Assembly (NCBI GenBank): GCA_964291415.2
Contig: OZ219918.1
Span: 704,001 to 768,000, forward strand
Origin: Alphaproteobacteria bacterium
GTDB lineage: Bacteria > Pseudomonadota > Alphaproteobacteria > SP197
Direction: 5' to 3'
DNA: 64,000 nt
In this document: positions 58,564 through 64,000 of the stretch, piece after piece
Layout: each line of letters opens with the position of its first letter
Position numbering within the stretch: position 1 is the first letter of the stretch
Position numbers and translations under genes: made by a program
The notes under the pieces: model-generated
What the model was told of the DNA's origin: nothing
Seen by the model: only the letters and a program-made list of their open reading frames with translations
The model's database searches: none

Positions 58564-60633
58564 TCATCTCAGGAAGCCGATGGTCCGGGGGCGGTGGGGC
58601 TTGGCGGCACACTCGGCACGGAGCATCGCGGCGAGTGCATCCGGTTCCGTGAGGCGTCCCAGAAGGCCAGCCTTACGGCGAACCACCGCAAAGTCGCCAG
58701 GAGTGAGGGCTGTCAGGTCCGAAAAATTCTCCGGCGGAGCGAGTCCGAACAAGGTGTGGAACGCCATGCAAACCTGGGCGGGCGTGAGATAGTCGAGGGA
58801 GACCTTGAAGACGAAACGCCGCAGGGTCGCCGGGTCGAGGTGTTCGCCGAAGTTGGTCGTGCAGGCGAAGGGCAGGGGATGGCTCTCCATCCAGGTCAGC
58901 ATCTCGTTGACCTGGCTGACTTCCCAGTTCCTGTTGGCGAAACGCCGGTCGGCGAGCAGCGAGTCGGCCTCGTCGAACACCAGGAACGCCCCGTCGTCGC
59001 GCGCCTCCGCAAATGCGTCGGCGATCTGCTGCTCCGTCTCTCCGACCCACATCGACATCAGGTCCGAGGCCCGCTTCTGCATCACCTCGAGGCCGAGGCG
59101 TTCGGCAAGGTAGCGGACAAATGCGCTCTTGCCCGTGCCCGGCGGTCCCTGAAGACACAGCGAGAACCGTCGTTCTCCGGACTTGACGAGACGGTCGGCG
59201 AGTTCGCGGGGGTCGGTGTCGGCCTTCAACAGCGCCAGGTCGAAGCGTTCCGGCGTCACCGGAGGGGGAGCATGGCGCCCCATGACGCGGGACAGGCTGC
59301 GTACGCCCAGGCGCACCGTGGCGAGATCGCCGGCACCGAGACGCGCCGCGGCGACGGCACCGGCTGCGACGCCGGGCGTGGCGTCGAACTCACATGCCAG
59401 AGCGCGAGCGTCCCCGGGGCCCGCCGGGATGCGGTAACGCTCGAGTTGACGGGTCCAGATCCTCGTGCGCACCCGGACCGTCGGCGCGCGCATCTCGAAG
59501 GCAAACATCATGCGCCGGAGAACGGCGGGGCTGACGTGTTCCGTGTCGTTCGTGGTCCACAGCGTCGGCGTCGGAGCCTGTTCAAGCAGCCGATGCATGA
59601 ACACCCTTGAGGCCGCTCCGCGCGAACCCGCACGCCGGCGCGGGAGGAAGCCGAGGTCCGGAGCGGCGTTGCCAAGCAGATCCTCCATCTCGTCGAACAT
59701 GAGAAGTGCGCGGTGCTCGCCGGCGAGCAGGCGCTGGACGAGGCGCAACTCCTGGAGCCTCTCGCTCCGGGAGGGTTCGTCGCCACTCTCATCCGATTCC
59801 CCGACGCCGTAGAGCTTTACGCCGAGCCGCTCGGCCAGAACCTTGCAGAACTCGGTCTTGCCGGTTCCCGGCGGTCCGTACAAGAGGATGTTGACGCCCG
59901 GCGCGCGGGTATCGAGCGCGCCCTTGATCAGCGTCTCGACGTGGTCTCGGTCGCCGGCGACATGGTCGAAGTCGGTCCAGTCGAGATCGCTCGCGAGCGC
60001 AGGATCGAGCAGCAGGCTGGCGACATCGCGATCCGAATCGCCCTGCGCGTAGACGAGTTGTCTCAGCCGTTTCAGCATCATCACTTCGCCGTCGTCGCGG
60101 TCGATGGAGACGAGTCCCGACCGGACGAGAGGGGCGTCGGCCTCGAGCCGTCTCGCGATCGCGTTGGGCGAGCGGCCGAGAAGCACTGGCAGGATCCGCC
60201 CTCCGAGGGAGAAGACGGGTCCGCTGTCCAAGGAACCCTCGAAGATGTCGTCGATCATCGACTCGAACACCGGCCGGGTCCAGTAACGCAACAGGACTTC
60301 CAGGATGGCGACGTCGGTGGGCGAAAGGCCGGCCGAGTGCCCGAGACGCCGGAGGCGTCGCGCGACCCGGTCCGGTCTCACCCTGCGGTTCGCGCATTCC
60401 TCGCGCAGGGTGGCGCCGAGATTGCGGAATCGCCGGGCGGTCAACTCGTCGTCACAGTCGAACTCCCGGCGGCGTCTGCGTGAGCGCCGGCTCTCGCGTC
60501 CACGCGCGATAAGGCTCTCCCTGTCGGTCACCCACATGGCCAGCGCCGTCGCCTCTGGATCCCGATGGGAGAGACGCGATGCGGCGTTCGCCAGGTAAAG
60601 CGCCAGCAGGCGATGTTCGTAAGCGGTCAGCAT
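58564..60633 (-). CDS. Tandem (D1-D2) AAA+ ATPase with uncharacterised N-terminal domain
   Basis: GPPGTGKT/LLMFDE/TTN..LRR and GPPGTGKS/LVFDEAD/TTN..DPATLRRF; C-terminal IGF; GGAGG RBS. Confidence 0.9.
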   Translation of the reverse strand: MLTAYEHRLLALYLANAASRLSHRDPEATALAMWVTDRESLIARGRESRRSRRRRREFDCDDELTARRFRNLGATLREECANRRVRPDRVARRLRRLGHSAGLSPTDVAILEVLLRYWTRPVFESMIDDIFEGSLDSGPVFSLGGRILPVLLGRSPNAIARRLEADAPLVRSGLVSIDRDDGEVMMLKRLRQLVYAQGDSDRDVASLLLDPALASDLDWTDFDHVAGDRDHVETLIKGALDTRAPGVNILLYGPPGTGKTEFCKVLAERLGVKLYGVGESDESGDEPSRSERLQELRLVQRLLAGEHRALLMFDEMEDLLGNAAPDLGFLPRRRAGSRGAASRVFMHRLLEQAPTPTLWTTNDTEHVSPAVLRRMMFAFEMRAPTVRVRTRIWTRQLERYRIPAGPGDARALACEFDATPGVAAGAVAAARLGAGDLATVRLGVRSLSRVMGRHAPPPVTPERFDLALLKADTDPRELADRLVKSGERRFSLCLQGPPGTGKSAFVRYLAERLGLEVMQKRASDLMSMWVGETEQQIADAFAEARDDGAFLVFDEADSLLADRRFANRNWEVSQVNEMLTWMESHPLPFACTTNFGEHLDPATLRRFVFKVSLDYLTPAQVCMAFHTLFGLAPPENFSDLTALTPGDFAVVRRKAGLLGRLTEPDALAAMLRAECAAKPHRPRTIGFLR

Positions 60634-60664
60634 GGCGTTCCCTCCGTTCCGTCAAGTCGGAGGA

Positions 60665-60699
60665 AATGTAACCGGCCACGACGTCATATCCGGTCGTAT
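60665..60699 (-). promoter_or_regulatory. Putative WYL-activator (DriD/PafBC-type) operator plus -10 box
   Basis: Minus strand reads ATACGAC-CGGATAT-GACGTCG then TACATT; TGACGT-N10-TACATT spacing. Confidence 0.6.
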
Positions 60700-61092
60700 T
60701 GGGGGAGTCTTTCTTCGACGTGGACGAGACCGGTCCGCTCTGTGCGGCAAGCGGTCAGGGGCAGTCACTCGCTTGATCGACGAACCTCTCCAGAATGTCG
60801 AGAAACTCCGGATCATCATGAACATCGCGGGCAACAACACCGACGTGCCGCCCAGCCCTCAAGCTCCCGTCGCGTCATCGCAGCTTCATCCTGGCAGGAT
60901 CCGGTTCAGTATCCCCGGACCGGTTTGGTGACATTGACACGTGGCTCGCCACGCATGAATCGGCCGGGATTGTCCAGAAAGACCCTGACGGCGGCGGTCG
61001 GACGTCTACGCAAGCATGGAATGACATCTGGAATCCGGTCTTCGGTTGTCCCAATCTTCAGGACAGCCGTTGTTCCATTGGGAGAATCGATC

Positions 61093-61518
61093 ATGGACGG
61101 GTCAGCCTACGCCGGTGACGTCATGCCTGCTGATGCCTTCGCCGCCCTCGAAAATGACGAGGACGCCGTTCTCATTGACGTGCGCACGGAAGCTGAATGG
61201 CGCTTTGTCGGGGTGCCGGACCTCTCGGGCCTGGGCAAGAGAACGAGATTCGTCGAGTGGCAGCTCTATCCCGACGGCCGGCCCAATCCGGCGTTCGCGA
61301 GACAGTGCGGGGAACAGGGTCTCGAGAAGGGGAGGGCGGTCTACTTCCTGTGCCGCTCCGGCGTACGCTCCATGCATGCAGCGATCGCCATGACATCGCT
61401 GGGCTACGGTCCCTGCTACAACGTGGCGGAGGGATTCGAAGGCGACAAGGATGCATCGATGCAGCGGGGCCGGCTTGGCGGCTGGAAGGTCCGCGGTTTG
61501 CCCTGGCGTCAGGAATAG
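61093..61518 (+). CDS. Rhodanese-like domain protein
   Basis: LIDVRTEAEW.FVGVP, FLCRSGVRS, YNVAEGFEG, GWKVRGLPW. Confidence 0.9.
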   Translation: MDGSAYAGDVMPADAFAALENDEDAVLIDVRTEAEWRFVGVPDLSGLGKRTRFVEWQLYPDGRPNPAFARQCGEQGLEKGRAVYFLCRSGVRSMHAAIAMTSLGYGPCYNVAEGFEGDKDASMQRGRLGGWKVRGLPWRQE

Positions 61519-61919
61519 GCCGGAAATCGGGACAATCCTGACCAATTCGGTGCGTGCAACCCTCGCTCGCCTCGTATGGAAGGCAAGACGGGCTCCGCCT
61601 TCGGGGTAACCACATCACCCACATGTCGCTCAGACATGTTCGATGACCCGGTTCCGTTCAACTGTCGGTTTCGACTGCATGATGAGCGCACACGAAGCCA
61701 GCGCCCGCTCCCGTGAGAGGAACTGACCGCCCTGCAACATCGAGAAGAAGGGCGGCAACGGTCACTGCGTCACGATGGCCGTCGCCTGCTTCGGTGACAG
61801 CGATCTTGAGATCGTCCACCGTCACGGAGTCCGGACCGACATCCGGGGAAGGCGACAAGGCGCGCACCCGCCTGCATCGCGCATCGAAGCCCCAGGCGCG
61901 CCTTCCGGCCCATGGTTCC

Positions 61920-62000
61920 AGAGCCAGCCCGGAGAACGGTCTGCGTCACATCGACTTCGTGCCCGATGCGCTGAAGCCGCGAGCGATCAAGATCTCTACG
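61920..62000 (+). pseudogene. Possible IS3-family integrase-core scrap
   Basis: PENGLRHIDFVPDAL..RAIKIST resembles PN..W..DFV.D.L..GR.I..LT. Confidence 0.35.
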
Positions 62001-62312
62001 GGCCAGAGCCCGCGCCAGTTCAGGGTTTCCAGCAAAGCGGCAGGCTTGAATCAGGGAGGGTGCCGGACCTCTCTTCGATTCTGCCTGTTGGCGGAGCGCC
62101 AGTCGGGCGAGAGTGTCCTGGCGGCTCCGGCGGCGGTTGGCCGATGACCAGGGCACAAATCGCGTGCGCGTCAAGACGGCACCATCATCCTCTTCGTCGG
62201 TGCCGGCGGCACCCGACATCGGAGTATGGAAACGACCGCGTCGGGACCGGTCCCGGAGGGCGGCGGCAAGTCCGGATCCTGCCGCCACCCTCCGTGGATC
62301 GCTGATCGCGTG

Positions 62313-63842
62313 CTACTCGCTCTTCGTGATCAACTCCCAGCGCAAACTGGCTTCCTCGATCGGCTGGAAGCCATCGACGTTTGCCGAATACGCCCGGGTG
62401 ATGTTGAAGTGGAAGGGGATGAGCGAACCTCCCTCTTCGTACAATTGCCGCTGAAGTTCGCCGTAAAGCGCCTTGCGCTTCTCGAAATCGGGTTCTCCGG
62501 CAGCTGCGTCGAGATTGGCGTCGAACTCTTCATCCCTCCAGAAGTTCTCGTTCCATGAGGAATCGCTGCGCCACCCGAGGTTCAGGATCACTCCGGCTGA
62601 CCTTTGCCACCACCAGGTCTGGAAGACCGTTTCAACCTGATAGACATCGTTCCAGTAGCCGTCAGCCGGCGCCACGACGATATTGACCCTGATGCCGGCG
62701 TCCGCCACCTGCTCCTGGTAAACCTCCGCCATCGTCAGCCAGTGCGGGTCCTTGTCGCTGGTGTAGAGATCGAATTCGATCCCGTCAGCGAATCCGGCTT
62801 CCGCCAGCAGACGCCTGGCCTCGGCAATATCCTGCGGACAGTCGATATCGGCCTGGTAGGCATCGCCCGCCCATACCGGATGATCGCATACGACCGTACC
62901 ACCGCCGGGGCCGGCAACCAGATTGGTCATCTCCTGGCGATCGACGGCGATCCGGACGGCCTTGCGAACCCTCGGATCGTCGAACGGCTCCCTGTCGACC
63001 AGGAAGATGATGCCCTTCCATTCACCGGTCGGGATGGTCTGCGTCTTGAACTTGGAGTTGTTCACGAACAGCGGCTTTTGCTGGGCTGTCAACGCCTCGA
63101 TGTAGTCGATCTGTCCGGTCAGCAGCGCCTGTATCCGTGCCTCGCTGTCCGGAATCGCGATTACCTCGACACGATCGACGCCGGCCCTTTGACCCCAGTA
63201 GTCCTCGTTGACGACCACTTCGGAGGTCCCTTCAGGATCCAGTCTGGTCATCCGGAAGGGGCCGGTGCCGATACCGGTCGTGGCCATGGTGTCACCCGAG
63301 TCTTCCGGGATCATGATCATCTTCCATTCGGTCAAGGCAATGGGCAGATCCGCATCCGGCTGGTTCAGGTTGAAACGTACCGTGTGGCTGCCGAGAGCCT
63401 CGATACTGTCCACTGACTTGATGGTCGAACGGTTTGGCGAATCGACTTCAGGATCCAGGATGCGGCTGATGCTGTAGACGACATCGGCGGCATCGAAGTC
63501 CGAGCCGTCATGGAAACGGACCCCTTCACGCAGTTGCATGGTCAGGGAAAGACCATCGTCGGCAATGCTCCACGACGTCGCAAGGTAGGGTGATGCAGCG
63601 CCGGTCTCGTCGGTTCGGGTCAACCGCTCGTGCACCAGCTGGTTCATGATGTAGAACGCGTCGACGGTGTGCGCGTCCATGGTCTCGGCGCCCCCTCTGC
63701 CAAGGCCGTGGGAAAGCCGAAGAACGGTTTCCGCCATGGCGGTGCCGACGAACATCGTCGCACAGAGAACGACCATTGCCGCGACGCGACCGACGCCCAC
63801 GGCTGATTGTCGTACGATTGAATCAACGTTGTTTTTTCGCAT
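62313..63842 (-). CDS. Family-5 (peptide/nickel) ABC transporter substrate-binding protein
   Basis: Signal peptide, LATSW, LREGVRFHDGSDFDAADV, GTGPF, PFDDPRVRKA. Confidence 0.9.
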   Translation of the reverse strand: MRKNNVDSIVRQSAVGVGRVAAMVVLCATMFVGTAMAETVLRLSHGLGRGGAETMDAHTVDAFYIMNQLVHERLTRTDETGAASPYLATSWSIADDGLSLTMQLREGVRFHDGSDFDAADVVYSISRILDPEVDSPNRSTIKSVDSIEALGSHTVRFNLNQPDADLPIALTEWKMIMIPEDSGDTMATTGIGTGPFRMTRLDPEGTSEVVVNEDYWGQRAGVDRVEVIAIPDSEARIQALLTGQIDYIEALTAQQKPLFVNNSKFKTQTIPTGEWKGIIFLVDREPFDDPRVRKAVRIAVDRQEMTNLVAGPGGGTVVCDHPVWAGDAYQADIDCPQDIAEARRLLAEAGFADGIEFDLYTSDKDPHWLTMAEVYQEQVADAGIRVNIVVAPADGYWNDVYQVETVFQTWWWQRSAGVILNLGWRSDSSWNENFWRDEEFDANLDAAAGEPDFEKRKALYGELQRQLYEEGGSLIPFHFNITRAYSANVDGFQPIEEASLRWELITKSE

Positions 63843-64000
63843 GATGTTCTCCTCTCCTCGGTATCGGATGAATAGTTCTGAGAGCCCGGAAGGGCTCCTC
63901 GTTCCGCCGGTTGATGGCGCAGCGATGTCAATCCGATTGGAGGGCCAGTCTAGAGCTTCCGCGCCAGGAGGTCCATTGGACCGGCCGTGGAGCCGGAACC

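Noticed and set aside
57265-59610. 781-aa plus-strand ORF, and similar long ORFs at 2848-5079, 42998-45043 and the 5' part of 23103-25412
   Set aside because: Antisense shadows of well-supported genes in high-GC DNA, with no recognisable motifs
60760-60860. HigB-like fragment (RIIMNIAGNN)
   Set aside because: Too short, flanks do not match, and no antitoxin follows
62150-62240. Carotenoid-oxygenase-like fragment (EEDDGAVL) on the minus strand
   Set aside because: Single short motif; insufficient support
1-64000. CRISPR array, rRNA or intact transposase/integrase
   Set aside because: No regularly spaced repeats, rRNA signatures or full-length mobility genes seen by eye

Overview
GC-rich alphaproteobacterial chromosome segment, probably Rhodospirillales-like. 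Several gene families (PhyH dioxygenases, a sulfotransferase, creatinase-like M24 hydrolases, an autotransporter remnant) weakly hint at a host-associated marine lineage. All calls come from motif recognition in the translated ORFs; no searches were run. Core blocks: fur-olsB-olsA-miaB-phoH-ybeY-corC-lnt-[phd/vapC]-metK-trmB (minus); HDAC-xseB-ispA-tlyA with no dxs; rimP-nusA-ylxR-infB-rbfA-truB-rpsO-pnp, then a FabX-like flavoprotein, irr and an ICE-box-preceded rubrerythrin/Fe-S oxidoreductase/DUF3501 cluster. Accessory features: a decayed tRNA-fMet-associated island at ~18.1-21.3 kb (excisionase and integrase remnants, orphan AbiEi, DmeF, IS66 scrap); an internally deleted cysD before a cysNC whose GTPase half looks eroded; and two separate M24-amidinohydrolase + PhyH pairs. 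The best candidate for a new system is at 57.4-60.7 kb: a tandem-AAA+ ATPase and a DriD-like HTH-WYL regulator, preceded by a DriD/PafBC-type operator-promoter, suggesting an ssDNA-triggered AAA+ effector module.
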